A stretch of DNA of 64,000 bases from Zootoca vivipara (lineage: Eukaryota). Where the stretch lies: the NCBI RefSeq assembly GCF_963506605.1, contig NC_083288.1, positions 33,666,001 to 33,730,000 of the forward strand, in the 5' to 3' direction. Under the pieces are notes generated by a model. That model did no database searches, was not told where the DNA came from, and worked only from the letters and a program-made list of their open reading frames with translations. Made by a program: the position numbers and the translations under genes. Positions 1 through 35,650 of this stretch are shown here, piece by piece. Within the stretch, counting starts at the first letter, position 1, and every line of letters begins with the position of its first letter.

Positions 1-59
1 GCCCTTCACTGTACCCTCACCGCTCTCTTCCCAAAAGTTAAGCAGCACCCACTACTCAC

Positions 60-3000
60 CAGAAAGAAAAGGTTTTATAGGGGGCATCTCTATGAAGGGC
101 ATCCGCTCATAGATGGGTTTCTGATTACATTTCTCCAGGTCACCTTTATGCTGAACCATGCTCACTATTTGCTGGATCCAGGTGGTCCCTGCCAGAGGAA
201 AATGGGAATCCAATGAAGACCTATGGGAAGCCCATAAGACATACCTCTTTACCCTAGTCTTTTACACTTAATTATGTATCTTCCTATATAAATACAAATT
301 TAAGGCTGTCATCACACAGCCCCCTTTGGAGGATTTGTAGCGCTGCATCGTTACATAGATTTGCATGAAATCAGGGTGAAATAGGGGAGCAAACATGAAG
401 GCAGGTTGCACAACACGAATGGCCATAGCACAGGAGTGAGAAGAGAGGAGCACAGAGAGGGAAAGTGGTGGTTTAAAACAGTGGCAGAAGTTTGAGTAAA
501 GCAGGGGTGTCGAAACATTGAGAGGGATATTGGGTTTTTAAACTGCAGAGGTTTGGCTATAGCAGCGTTGGAGCCATACTGAGAGGGAAAAAGTAGTTTT
601 AAACAATGGCAGAGGTCCGAGTAGAGTGAGCAGAGGGTGAAACAGGTAGGGGAGGGGCAGTTTAAAACAATATTCCAGTACAGAGAAAAGAGAGTTTCTA
701 AAGGTTCTGTTGTGTTAACTTTTTGGTGCTTTGTGATTATTTCTTCTAATTAAAAATGTGTTTGTTTGTTTTGAAAACAACCCCTCACTGCTGCTCCATT
801 CCTGCTTTACTCAAACATCTGCCATTGTTTGAGTGCAGTCAGAAGGGGAGATACAGAAAGGGAGGGGGGAAGGCTGTTTTAAACTTTAAATTCCTTAGCT
901 GCCTCATGTGACAGAGATAAAGGATACAGAACCCTCAGGTATTCCATAGTACCGCCCTACAATGTACTTCACTCCTGCTTCCATGTGTTGTCTTCAACAT
1001 GAAGTTCCAGATTCAATGCAGCAATTTAGAAGACACGTATTATTAATAAGCAGACACCCATATATGCACAAACATCCATCAGCTGAATTTAGTGTTATAT
1101 GAATAAGCTAACGGGTGGCCTTGCTCTTAAGATTCTGTTCCTTTTAAAGATACCATAACCTAGATCATCATGTGGCGTGTGTGCAAAGTAAGCAGCAGAA
1201 TAAGAGTGGGAAGGAGGCATGTCAATGGGGTTGGTTTGTGCACAAGGGCGAGCTGAAAAAGGAGGGAGGAGAAGAAAACAAAAAGGGGGTGAAGCTGATA
1301 ATGATGTGTGTGTGCAAAGGGAGCTGTGAAAAAGGAGAGGATAAGGCATGGGAATGGGGTGGCCTGTGTGCAAGGGACAGCTAAGGAAAGGCAATGGGCA
1401 GAGGAGACAAAGAGAATGAAGGTGAAAACAGGGAGGCAAAAAGGGGAGCAGGAGGCCTGGGAACGGGGTTGAAACTGAAGGCAGGGGGATGAAAGTTTGC
1501 ATAGGAGGGGATGGTGGCTACATAATTGGGCAGGAAGTGAAAAGAGTGCTTGGTAGTTGCAAAAAGTGGGAGCATTGTGGTGCAGGAAATTACCATGGGT
1601 TTTGGTTTGTGTGCAGGGGGGGGGGTTGCATACAAGGAGGCAGAGAAGGCATGGACATGGAGGTGAAGTTGGACACGGATGGAAAGCGGGGCTGCAGAAC
1701 AGAGAAGTGGCTTCAGAAATAGGCTTAGGAAGGTGGAAAACAAGCTTAGTAGTTAGTAGTGGAGAGGGAAGAGGAAGCTCTAGGGGGTTAATGGGGGGGA
1801 ATGGAAGAAGAGTTTGGATTTGATATCCCGCTTTATCGTGACCCTAAAGCAGGGGTCCCCAGACCACGGCCCGGGGGCCGGATGCGGCCCAATTGGCCTC
1901 CCAATCCGGCCCGCGACGACCCCCGCCGCCCGCTCTTGCGGCGCGCTGCGTGACGGCGCACTTCCAGATCTGGAAAAAAAATCGCCAAAAATCATTTCTG
2001 CGCATGCGTATGGGCCTCTCCCGACCCAGAAGAGGTCATTTCCGGTGCACTTCCGGGTCGGGGAGGTGCACTTCCGGGTCAGGGGAGGCCCATACGCATG
2101 CGCACAAACAATTTTTGGCGATTTTTCCGGCCTGGAAGCACGCAACCGCGCCAGTAAATGGGTGTGCGCATGCGCACTGGCGCGCACTCCCCCACCCTCT
2201 GGCCCACTGTGCGCGCACTCCCCCGCCCTCCGGCCCGAAGGCGGGTAGGTCTGAGGACCCCTGCCCTAAAGGGTCCCAAAGCTGCTAACATTCTCCTTTC
2301 CCTTCCTCTCCCACAACAAGCACTCTGTGCTTGTTTGGAGGTTCTAGCAGGGGAGCGCAGCTATCGTATACCCTTGACTGAAGAACGGTACACTCCTTCT
2401 ATCTGGGATGGCCGTCCNNNNNNNNNNNNNNNNNNNNNNNNNNNNNNNNNNNNNNNNNNNNNNNNNNNNNNNNNNNNNNNNNNNNNNNNNNNNNNNNNNN
2501 NNNNNNNNNNNNNNNNNNNNNNNNNNNNNNNNNNNNNNNNNNNNNNNNNNNNNNNNNNNNTCAAAAACTTATAAAAACACCCTTCTCAAAGAAAGCGGAA
2601 TCTTACCTACTAGGAATATTAGATAATGATATTCCACAAGACAAAATAAATATTTACTTGTATGCATCAACAGCGGCTCAAGTAGTAATTGCTAAAGCCT
2701 GGAAAGAACCCACTATACCAACGATAGGATAGACAAATTATGTGAATACCTGCAATTAGCCAAACTAACAGATTTGATAAGACAAAATTCAAAAGATAAG
2801 ACTAGGATGCAACGGGAGTGTTTAAACGAGTATTTAAGAAAATCAGGTATAGGAAATAACATGGTTATGCCAAGACTAACCCAGCAGGATATGAAAATAG
2901 GTGGAAAAATTTAAGGTGGAAAATTATTGTATATAAAGGAAAAATGACAATTTATTATCAAAGGACAGACCAGTAGAATAATGAAACACAATACTTCTGT

Positions 3001-3734
3001 GTAGAAGGTGGTGGAAGCATATATTGTTGTTTATTTTTTGTTTTTTCATTCTGGTATAGTTATGCGGCAATATATTTACTCTTGATCTTCTTTGATTCTC
3101 TTTTTTGCCTTTTTCTTTTTTTCTGTATAGATTATTCTTAAATCAATTAATTGTATTTTAATGTGTGAAATAATGTTTTATTCTGAGATATTAAAATAAA
3201 GATTAATTTTTTAAAAAAACAAAAAACCAAGCACTCTGTGAGGTGAGTGGGGCTGAGAGACTTCAGAGAAGTATGACTAGCCCAAGGTCACCCAGCAGCT
3301 GCATTTGGAGGAGCGGGTAAACGAACCAGTTCGCCAGATTACGAGTCCACTGCTCTTAACCACTACACCACGCTGGCTCTGTTATAGGTATGTAATTGTT
3401 ATAGTCTTGTAATTGAAATTTCTTTTAAACTGTCTTTTATGCTGCCATTCAAATTAAGCACCACCATCATTCGTCCAGTGCCCCACCATCCCTTATCTTC
3501 CCTGAGTATCTCCCCTCTGCCGTGCTCAATTTTCCTTGTTTCCTCTTTATGAACCCCTCTACCTGCTTTAGGGTAAGTGCAGATCAGAAGGTCGTCAGGG
3601 CGGGCTTTAAAGCCCTGTATGGTACTCCAGTGCTTGCATAATATGCTGGGGAAAAGGACCCCTTCAATCTCCTCCAGGGTTGTGCGCTTGGGAGGCGTGG
3701 GGCCAAGATCTCCTGGTCCTGATTCAAGTTCCAT
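60..3734 (-). CDS. SULT1C: SULT1C-like sulfotransferase, paralogue A (5' part only; continues off the left edge)
   Basis: Coding exons 3563-3734 (MELESG...ARPDDLLICTYPKAG) and 60-188 (TTWIQQIV...ERMPFIEMPPIKPFLS). Both have canonical AG/GT; the 129-nt exon size and the TYPKAGTTW PAPS-binding loop match the other paralogues. Confidence 0.9.
1850..2263. mobile_element. Non-autonomous hAT (Charlie/Buster-like) MITE with internal palindrome
   Basis: TIRs CAGGGGTCCCCAGACC / GGTCTGAGGACCCCTG; perfect 8-bp TSD CCCTAAAG (1842-1849, 2264-2271); CpG-rich internal inverted repeat. Confidence 0.85.
2329..2417 (-). pseudogene. RN7SK: 7SK snRNA retrocopy fragment (about nt 147-233 of vertebrate 7SK)
   Basis: The reverse complement GGACGGCCATCCCAGATAGAAGGAGTGTACCGTTCTTCAGTCAAGGGTATACGATAGCTGCGCTCCCCTGCTAGAACCTCCAAACAAGC matches the recalled 7SK sequence. 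It is 3'-truncated, and its 5' part runs into the N gap. Confidence 0.88.
2418..2560. other. Assembly gap (143 N)
   Basis: Run of N. Confidence 1.
2561..3227 (+). mobile_element. L1 LINE 3' fragment (end of ORF2, 3' UTR, A-rich tail)
   Basis: Translates ...YLLGILDNDIPQDKINIYLYASTAAQVVIAKAWKEPTIP..., which is L1 ORF2 C-terminus-like. AATAAA at about 3196, then an A tail; 13-bp TSD CAAGCACTCTGTG at 2317-2329 and 3228-3240. Confidence 0.8.
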
Positions 3735-5327
3735 CACCTGGAAACAAAAGATATTGTAGTCCAATATGACCCATTCCTTGTCCGTCACCCCCAAAGAGCT
3801 GGTGCTGTTTCCCTTACTGCCTTTAGGGCCAAATCCTAGTACGGTACGGGAATAAAACTTCATGCCCACCTACCAGCTCTCTGCTCAGACAGCTGCACTT
3901 CTCTCCTTTCTTCTGTCTTCTTCTTGTTTCCCGAAGTTAGTTCATGACCCAGGAATTGCATGTGCTTCCCCAGCTGAATTTTCTTGTATGCTTTGGCTCA
4001 GTCTCCACCCTAGATAATTTAACCCCTTAGCGTGTGTACACAGGTAGCAAAGCAAACCCAGGTATTTCCTGAACAGGCCAGGCTAAACTTTGCCCCACCA
4101 CATTACTTCATACCAAGGGAAGGGCCTTCGACCTTTGATCTGCAGTTACTCAGTTCAGGGCAAGGAATCCTGCAAGTCTAGATAAGGAGATGTTGTGTCG
4201 GCTAGCTGGGCTCCTCCCTGCATGGGTGGTGGTGTTCACCCTCTGCCCCCTGCCCCCGTGGCAGGCACCCTGGGCACCAGCAAACCACGCAATGCCACTG
4301 CTTTGCCCCACTACACGCCACAATACCGTAGAAAAGGCTCAACCTTTGTTTGTTCAATTTAGAGCAACCCTCAAATATTGTTTGCTACTGTCCACCCCGT
4401 GGTGTTTTATTGTGGGCGTATTCTGCAATATGTTTTTAGTCTGCTTTGCTAGTTGTTCTGTGATGCTTTCCTGGCCATACCACATTATTGCTATCTGTAG
4501 GGGTGACGTATAAGCAGGTGGTGGAAATGAGGGAGAAATAGGACAGGTCACCCATTGTTAGTCTGTTGACGCTGCAAAAACCCCACAGCACTGCCTTGGA
4601 AATGTTTCGTTGCTCAGATAAGAGAGGAGCATGCAACAGAAATACGTTTGTTTTTCATAAACAAAGACCCTCTCAAGCACAAACTATGCGGGAAACCCAT
4701 TTGCAACTGCCCCATTTAAGACCTAAAACAAGGTGGGGTACAATTTAAAACACCCAAATGTCATGTGGAGAGGAGGTGATCAATCTCTCCTGCTGCAACA
4801 CAGCCTCCCCCCCCCCCGCCAGACTCACTTCCAGCATCAGCTGGTGAGGAAAGGACTTTATAGGACCGTGTGGATATGGCGAATGGTGGAGGAGCAGGCG
4901 CCAACAAACCCTTTCCTTGTGATCCTCTGGCGTTTGACCCACTCAATAGAGGTGAAACCCCTGCTATCTTTAAGGCTGTGTTCATATTGCTGCCTTAGAG
5001 CTCAGTGCTTGTGTTCATCAGTGCTTTTCACAGATCCTTACCCCACCCCAAGCTGTTCACATCAGTACTGTTTCGTTAGTTTCAGATTCGTTTCCATTTG
5101 TGTGCACACTAACGGGGGTTGGGAAGGCTCTAGGACCCCATCAGAGCCTTGAGCCCCCTTCCTACATCGCGAGGGTGTCAAATGGCCTTGCACAGGGTGG
5201 CGTATTACCAAAATCTGCCCCTGTTCACACATTTGCTGGGGATGAATTAGGAATGGCTTAAGGACTCCAATCAGTGGGGAGCTGGTTTAGTTATTTATTT
5301 CATAAAATTTATACACTGCTTGATTGT

Positions 5328-5368
<41 letters not shown>

Positions 5369-5517
5369 CCATCTAAAAGCTGTCTGAGAAACAGCACCTC
5401 AATCAGTAGTATTGTATAACAAAGGGATTTTCCCTTTATCAATACAGTATGGCTCTTTTATTCAGCTCCTCTTCAGTCAAAAGTCTGAAAATTTCACTAT
5501 GAGGCATGGAGAGATGC

Positions 5518-18689
<13,172 letters not shown>

Positions 18690-19097
18690 CGCCTGCTAGT
18701 GGAGCAAACAGGAATAATATACAGTAGTGTGGTGATTTCAAGTGGGGCTTGTTCCCCGCAGCACTGCAGCCCTGGAGTCAAAGGCATCTCTCCTAGCCAG
18801 ACTTGCCCGAGATGCATCCCAACCTTTTTCGCCCCCTTCCCAGGACACCTTGCTCCCAATACTCTCTTTTCCTGACACCTCAAACACAAACCCCATCACC
18901 ATGGCAACCTCTATCTGTCCAGGCCCAAGAATTCCTTTCAGGTGAACCATCAACACCTTTTGTCATGTCTAATATCCCAGGTGAGGCCCTGGCTTGGAAA
19001 GGAAGCTTAGCCTGTATTTTTCCACTGGCCTGCAAACTTCCCTCCAAATAATCAAAAATCCTACCATTTATTAATGAATAGGATTTAGCCACCCCCA

Positions 19098-19397
19098 CCG
19101 ATCAGAAGGTCGGCGGTTCGAATCCCCGCGACGGGGTGAGGTCCCAGTTCCTGCCAACCTAGCAGTTCGAAAGCACGTCAAAGTGCAAGTGCCGTAGATA
19201 AATAGGTACCGCTCCAAGTGGGAAGGTAAACGGCGTTTCCGTGCGCTGCTCTGGTTCACCAGAAGCGGCTTTGTCATGCTGGCCACATGACCTGGAAGCT
19301 GTACGCTGGCTCCCTCGGCTAATAACGCGAGATGAGCGCCACAACCCCAGAGTCGGTCACGACTGGACCTAATGGTCAGGGGTCCCTTTACCTTTAC
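19098..19397 (+). mobile_element. Sauria SINE (5'-truncated)
   Basis: B box ggttcgaatcc, conserved body, (TTTACC)n tail. Confidence 0.85.
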
Positions 19398-22059
19398 CCC
19401 CCCAAAATCTATCACAGTATCGTGCTTTACTGCTTATCTCCACTGTCTCTGCCCTGCTCTCCTTCATCACCACTTGCTGACCCAGGAAGAACAGAACTTG
19501 CTTCACTCCAGTTACGGACCTTTGTCATTCCTTCCTTTCTTTCCTCCGTCTCTCTTCTCTTGCTTCTGAAAGAAACTGCACTGCACAGGATCTGCCTGGG
19601 GTGTGTCTGCTTATAGGACAGAGTCCAGAGTCCAGAGGGGTGAGGAGGGAGGGGCTTCTGCTGTTTTTCTCATGCTAGCCCCAGGTATCCAGCCAAGAGC
19701 TGTGACTCTAGGAGAGTGTTGACTATAGGAGTGTCCTTGTGGATGAAAGTACGTGGAAGTATACACATGCCTCCTGAAAAGCTGCACATTCCTGGTAAGA
19801 CTCTTCAAGACGAAGTTAACCTTACCTATACGGCCACTAGCATGTGGGATATTTTCCTTTGTATGTGACTACTTTTTAACCCAGGAAAATCTTCTCAAAA
19901 GTTGGGGGTAGTCTTATACATGAGGTCGTCTTATACGCAGCCACAGAAGCGATTTCTGGCGCTGAGGACATTTTGGATATGGGCAGTGCAGGTATGTCCG
20001 GCCCACGGACGATCGTAGGAAGACATATTCTTATACGACGAGTATATCCCAAACTCTACCGTATATTTTAACTGGAAAAGTTGGGGGTCATCTTATACAC
20101 CCAGTTGTCTTATACGCCAGAAAATATGGTAAATGTCCCCGCATATCCAGTGTGAAAAGCGCTATCAGAGAACTCTGACCTGCACCCGGCATCATTTAAG
20201 TCCTTAAAGGTCAGGCCCTTCTAGAGATTTATTTTGGACTACAATTCCCATCATGCTTGACCATTGGTCCTGCCAGCTAGGGATGATGGGAGTCGTAGTC
20301 CCAAAAATAGCTGGATACCCAAGTTTGGGTAACCCTAGTCTAAGCAATCTCCACAGGGCTGTGGTAAGTGTTGAATCATGGGAAAGACAGATGAAGACAC
20401 AGCTCTTAAAACAACCAGCTCTTTATTTCAGCTCTGAGTCCTGGACTGCACAATAGTACTCAGTAACTTGCAACAGTAACAAACTTCCCCTAGTTACCCA
20501 ATCCGTGGTCAGCAGTCTCAATCCTTCATTTGCATGCTGTGGAACTGCAACCACTGTGGGCAGGGTAAGAAGTGCAGCCACGGTGGCCAGAAGGAGTACT
20601 GCAGTCAAACTAAATACTGGTACATACCGGTACTACATAACAGTAAGGATAAAATGGGGAAGGCCATGTATATACTGCCTTGAGCGCCTTAATGGAAAAG
20701 TGTGATACGAATGTAATAAATAAATACAAATAAATAAATAAATAAGCTGCGTAGGATTTTGTAGGTTAAAACCAGCACTTTAAATTGGGCCAGGACTTGA
20801 GCCTGGGAAGCACTGGCAGGGTGTGATTAAAAATCCCCACTCCCGGTTTATAATCTTGCAGTTCTAGTTTGACTCAACAGCAGTTTCCAGACCATTTTAT
20901 AACAGCAGCCCCAGGTGCAACATGTTGTTGTTGTCTATGCAGGAGGTTACTTGAGCACCGAGCACTGTAGCTCAGCTGTCTTTATCCAGGTCTGGTCACA
21001 GCTGGCATATTGGCCCAAAAGCTGATAAAAGACACTTTGAGGCCACTTAGAAGATACTTGAGCTCCTGTTGCCTGTGGGAAGAACTCTGTGACAGGAGCT
21101 GGCCTTCCTCCTGGCCTGGCCATTGCCCCCAGTTATGCCCTTGGCTCTGATCTGAGGGGAACGGTGCTTGTGGGGAGGGCAAGACGTCCAGGATTGCCAC
21201 TAATACTGATGTGGGAGGAGGGAATTCCACCAAGCCCTCTCCTGTAAGGAGCCCAACTGCCAAATATGCCAGCTCTCTGTATGCGAGTGTGGCAGGAGTG
21301 TGGCTTTGCCTTCCTGGCCTGGGTGTTGCCACCAACTCTGCTCCTGGATCTGACCTGCAGGTGGGAAAAGTGCTTCAGAGGAGGGACTGCTCATGATCCC
21401 AGGTAAAGAGAGCCAAAACCAACATTGACATGGGTTGCAACTTTAAGAACTTGAGCTTGCTCCCCCCCTCCTCCCTCTCATACATTTTTCCTTTTGTGCC
21501 ATGTCTTTGTGACCCTGAGGGCAGAGGGGTGGTCTTAGACATAGGAGCTGACTCCTGGCGGCCAAGTTCCCTTCAACCCCACCCCCCAATAAAACATTTG
21601 AGGAGGCCAGCTTCCCCCCCCCAATGGATAGCTGTTGCCATTCAAATGGTGTGTGTATATGACACATCTTTTGATTGATTATGTGAGGCAGGGCTTAAAC
21701 ACCCCCCCCCTTCATATTTTGTTCAAGCTGGCACCCCTGGTCCTAGAAATGATTTTTGTAAATTGCTCTTTAAGCCTTTTGAGGCTAAAGGGCTAGGCAT
21801 AAATGTTGAAAATAAGGAATTATGAGCTCAATTCCGCTGTCACTCTGTCACTACTTACTGGCAAGGAAATAAAAATGGTGCAATTTCGTACCAACTTCCC
21901 TCTCTTCTCCAGCTGCCAGAAAGTGCCATTTTGTTCCCCTCTCTCTGTACTGCTTGTTCTATCCAAACAAAATTCACTTTGGTCCTTCCATTTGGGTTCA
22001 TTGCTTATTTTATTGAATGCAGGTAAAATGTCCACTCCAGGAATGTTAGGGGGGAACTC

Positions 22060-28286
<6,227 letters not shown>

Positions 28287-28784
28287 CACCTGGTGGAGCA
28301 GGAAAAGAAATAATATGAGATAAGTCGAGCCTGCATCAAAACGTTGTGGAGTGACCTGCCCATCTTCAGGGTCCTATCCCTTTCCCTGGATACAGCGTCC
28401 CAGTTTCTTTCTTCCTCCTCCTCTTCCTTTTTTATCCTTCCCACCTTGAAGTCAGTCAGTGCTTTGCTGCCGCTGAGCCTGCTCAGACCTTATTGGACTG
28501 TTGGAGGTTCCCTGAAGTTTACAGATACCACTCTCGTGGGCACTGGTGAAGGAGTCTGCTCTTAGCGTATAGGGTCATTGTGCTTTCCACCCCAACACAG
28601 CCGAGCCCGTTGGCAGGCAGCCACTTGTTTACCTACTGCTCTCCTGTGCCATCTATCTGAAGGAAGCAAAATGAGATACCCACCTGACAGTTTCACTCCT
28701 GTCTTAGATTGTGAGGAGCTTCTTCCTCCTTTCCGCCTCTCTCTTGCTCTCTGCGCAGCCGAAAAGCTGGATAGGGTATTTTTC

Positions 28785-29030
28785 AGAGAGAGCAAAGTTC
28801 CTGGCTGAACGTCCTTGCGTGCGAGTTGCGGGCACTCCGCCAGTACTTTTTCTGAGGTTAGGGTTTATATGTGAGGATATCGTGTTGCATCTACTCCCAC
28901 AGGACCTGATTTTCCACCCAACGTTCTTTAACCCCTTATAGCAAGTATCCCTGCAGAGAGGCCAGGCGACCCCCTGGTAATATACTCTGGCTTTTCCACT
29001 AGGGGGCGGGGCCTTTTAGTGATTCATATT
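28785..29030. promoter_or_regulatory. Putative SULT C promoter region (HNF4-like, XRE core, CTCF and GC-box motifs)
   Basis: AGCAAAGTTC (also present upstream of D), TTGCGTG at 28815-28821, and CCACTAGGGGGCG at 28996-29008 overlapping GGGGCGGGG. Motif matches only. Confidence 0.4.
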
Positions 29031-29859
29031 ACGGCAAGGGACCTTGGTTCCTGTTTTACTGCAGAAACACACATTTTTAGGAGTCAATACAGTTCAGTGA
29101 ATAGAAGATCCAAGGATTGCATCCCATAACCCCCCCGAGATAGATTGTAGCAACTTGACATTTTGTCCTAGCATCAGTTAAGACTTGTGTACTTGGTTTC
29201 CTACATAGTGTACACGTAATATAGATCTATTGCATATATTTTTTGCCCTTGAAATGTGCTTCCTGAGCAACCTCAAACCAGCCAAGGTGTTATTGTGTTG
29301 TTAGTAATTGTAGAAATATATCAGGTATTATCTAGGTTCCATGATGATTTTCTGGAAGACATCAACAAGATTTGGGGCATCACTCATAAAAAGTTGATGC
29401 AAGCTGTCTGGTCATATATTTGCTATGTAGCATTTCTTTGATATCACTGCTCGGTCTATGAGGCCATTTCAGTCATTTCATGCCTAGCATTTATCCAGTC
29501 TTCTTTCCCCCCCTTTTTACACCATGGTTGTTGGTTTATATCATGGATGTATGTTCTGTATTATATTGCTATGAACTTGTCATGGCCTTTGGCTAGAATA
29601 ATAAACTTATTAATGATTGAAAAACACACCTTTCAATTATCCCTTCCTGGTCAAATGACATGGAAGGGAGAAGGAAAGGAGCCAAGGCAGCCGATCCCAT
29701 CTTACAGGGCTTGGCAAAAGTGCACTGTGAAGCAAGCTCCCCCCCCCCAAAAAAACCCCACTTTTAAGGAAGCAAAGAAAATGCAAGCAAATGAAAGAAG
29801 GTTCAATCTAATGGGTTATTTCCAGCTTCTACTTAGGGTAGGCCTGCTGAAGTCAGTGG

Positions 29860-30458
29860 TGTGGGATGGAATACTGGGGCAGACAAGTCACAACAGTTCC
29901 TAGAGTGTCCACTAAGAGGAACTCACCTGGGGGAACACCTGACTAAGTTCAGTTTCCTGTTCCTCCAGACATGCAGATGAGATGGATCAGCTGGCAGAGA
30001 AAAGCCTCTAGCCAGCAGCCATTCTCTCTCTTAGCCATCTCTTCTTCAATGCGAACACATCTCCAGAGTATCTCCAGTTAGGATGGTTCTCCCTCTCGGC
30101 CTGCTGCCAAGAGAGAGACCAGATGGAGCCTTTCTCTACTAAGAAGACTCCAGATGTACATATTTGTAACTTTTCTACGTAAACCTGCCTTTCTGAGATT
30201 ACGCTGTTAACTCAGGATGTCATGTGAGTAAACTGTATCTTATTTTAATACTATTGTGTGGTGTATTTCTTTTAAGAGGGCAAAAGGGGATTTGCCAGGA
30301 AGTATAATGTTGTAGAGGTTTTAACAAACTTAAATGCTCATGTTTTTCTGCGCACAAAAGGGGAATGTCACTCTGCTGATATTGGAAGCTTGATAACACA
30401 AGCTTGGATAGGATCTATCTAATAATATATCCTAATCCACATCCCTAACATTCCCACA
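29860..30458. mobile_element. Solo LTR (599 bp)
   Basis: TGTGGGA...TCCCACA termini; perfect 5-bp TSD AGTGG. Confidence 0.8.
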
Positions 30459-30651
30459 AGTGGACCTAACTTAGTTGTGTGCACGAAATTCAGAGGGTGT
30501 ATTGAGGGTAGAAATAACAAAGGGAAAACCCATAGTTTCAGCTTGTTCCTTCCATTTGGTTTCATTGCTTATTTTATTGAATACAGGTAAAATGTCCACT
30601 CCAGGAATGTTAGGGGGGGGGGAACTCTCAACTGGTAGCAGGGAGATGTTC

Positions 30652-34513
<3,862 letters not shown>

Positions 34514-34698
34514 CACCTGGCGGAGCATGAAAAGAAATAATATAAGTCAAGCATGCAACAAAATTTTGTGGAGTGATCTGCCCCTCTTCAGGTTTCCATT
34601 CCTTTCCCAGGACACACAGTTCCAGCTTCCCACCTCCCAGTTTTTTATCCCTCCCCACCTTGAAGTCAGTCAGTGCTTTGCTGCCACTGAGCATAAAT

Positions 34699-35065
34699 TC
34701 AAAGGTAAAGGGACCCCTGACTGTTAGGTCCAGTCGCAGACGACTCTGGGGTTGCAGTGCTCATCTCGCTCTATAGGTCAAAGGAGCCGCCATTTGTCCG
34801 CGGACAGCTTCTGGGTCATGTGGCCAGCATGACTAAGCCGCTTCTGGCGAACCAGAGCTGTGCACAGAAACACCATTTACCTTCCCACCGGAGTGGTACC
34901 TATTTATCTACTTGCACTTGATGTGCTTTCGAACTGCTACCGGTAGGTGGGCAGGAGCTGGGACCGAACAACGGGAGCTCACCCTGTTGTGGGGATTCAT
35001 ACAGCCAACCTTCTGATCGGCAAGCCCTAGGCTCTGTGGTTTAGCCCACAGCGCCACCCGCGTCA
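34699..35065 (-). mobile_element. Sauria SINE, near full length
   Basis: Head rc gacgcgggtggcgctgtgggctaaaccacagagcctagggcttgccgatcagaagg; tail aaaggtaaaggg. Confidence 0.88.
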
Positions 35066-35514
35066 CGCCACTGAGCATACTTAGACCTTATTGCACTGTT
35101 TTAGGTTCCCCTCCTTAGTATCCCTCCCACCCTGAAAGGACTTTTGCTAACTTGGAGGGTCCCTGAAATCTCCAGATACTTCTCTCTTCTGCATGGATGT
35201 TACCACTGGTAAATGAGTCTGCACTTCGTATATAGGATCATACTGTTCCCCACCCCTATACAGCCATGTCCCTTGGCAGGCAGCCATGTATGGGTGCCTC
35301 CTGCTCTCCTGTGCTATCTACCTGAAAGAAGCCTACCTGTCAGTTCCACTCCCGTCTTGATCCTTCCTTCCTTCTGCCTCTCTCTTGCTTTCTGCGCAGC
35401 CCAAGAGCCTGGTAGTGTGTATTTTTTTCTGAGAGAGCAAAGTTCCTGGCTGTGCTTGCTTGGGTCCTGGAGGTGGGCATTCTGCCAGGGCTTTTCCGAA
35501 GTTACTGTTTAGAG

Positions 35515-35650
35515 CAGGCATCCCCAAACTGCGGCCCTCCAGATGTTTTGGCCTACAACTCCCATGATCCCTAGCTAACAGGACCAGTGGTCAGGGATGA
35601 TGGGAATTGTAGTCCAAAACATCTGGAGGGCCGAAGTTTGGGGGTGCCTG
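35515..35650. mobile_element. 136-bp hAT MITE
   Basis: Same family as 31017; TSD GTTTAGAG. Confidence 0.9.

Larger units (their letters stand above)
1815..3380 (-). mobile_element. Old tRNA-derived (MIR-like) SINE split by a hAT MITE and a 7SK/L1 insertion
   Basis: Pieces 1815-1849, 2264-2329 and 3228-3380 rejoin across the TSDs. The right piece reads as a reverse-strand tRNA-like head (ctcttaaccactacaccacgctggct) with a MIR-like core (cccaaggtcacccagc). Confidence 0.6.

Noticed and set aside
450-1730. Degenerate purine-rich tandem units with a short inverted partner at about 770-830
   Set aside because: Too decayed to define a unit or family; probably an old repeat relic.
1780-2291. Overlapping 130-144 aa ORFs (likewise at 11.7, 12.5-14.3 and 44.2-44.8 kb)
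   Set aside because: By-products of GC-rich transposon sequence with no recognisable domains.
2329-2560. Functional 7SK gene
   Set aside because: Lacks the 3' ~100 nt and the Pol III terminator, and lies within TSDs with an L1; it is a retrocopy.
4823-4862. TATA box plus splice donor as a first exon of SULT A
   Set aside because: The spacing would leave an exon of only a few nucleotides; unsupported.
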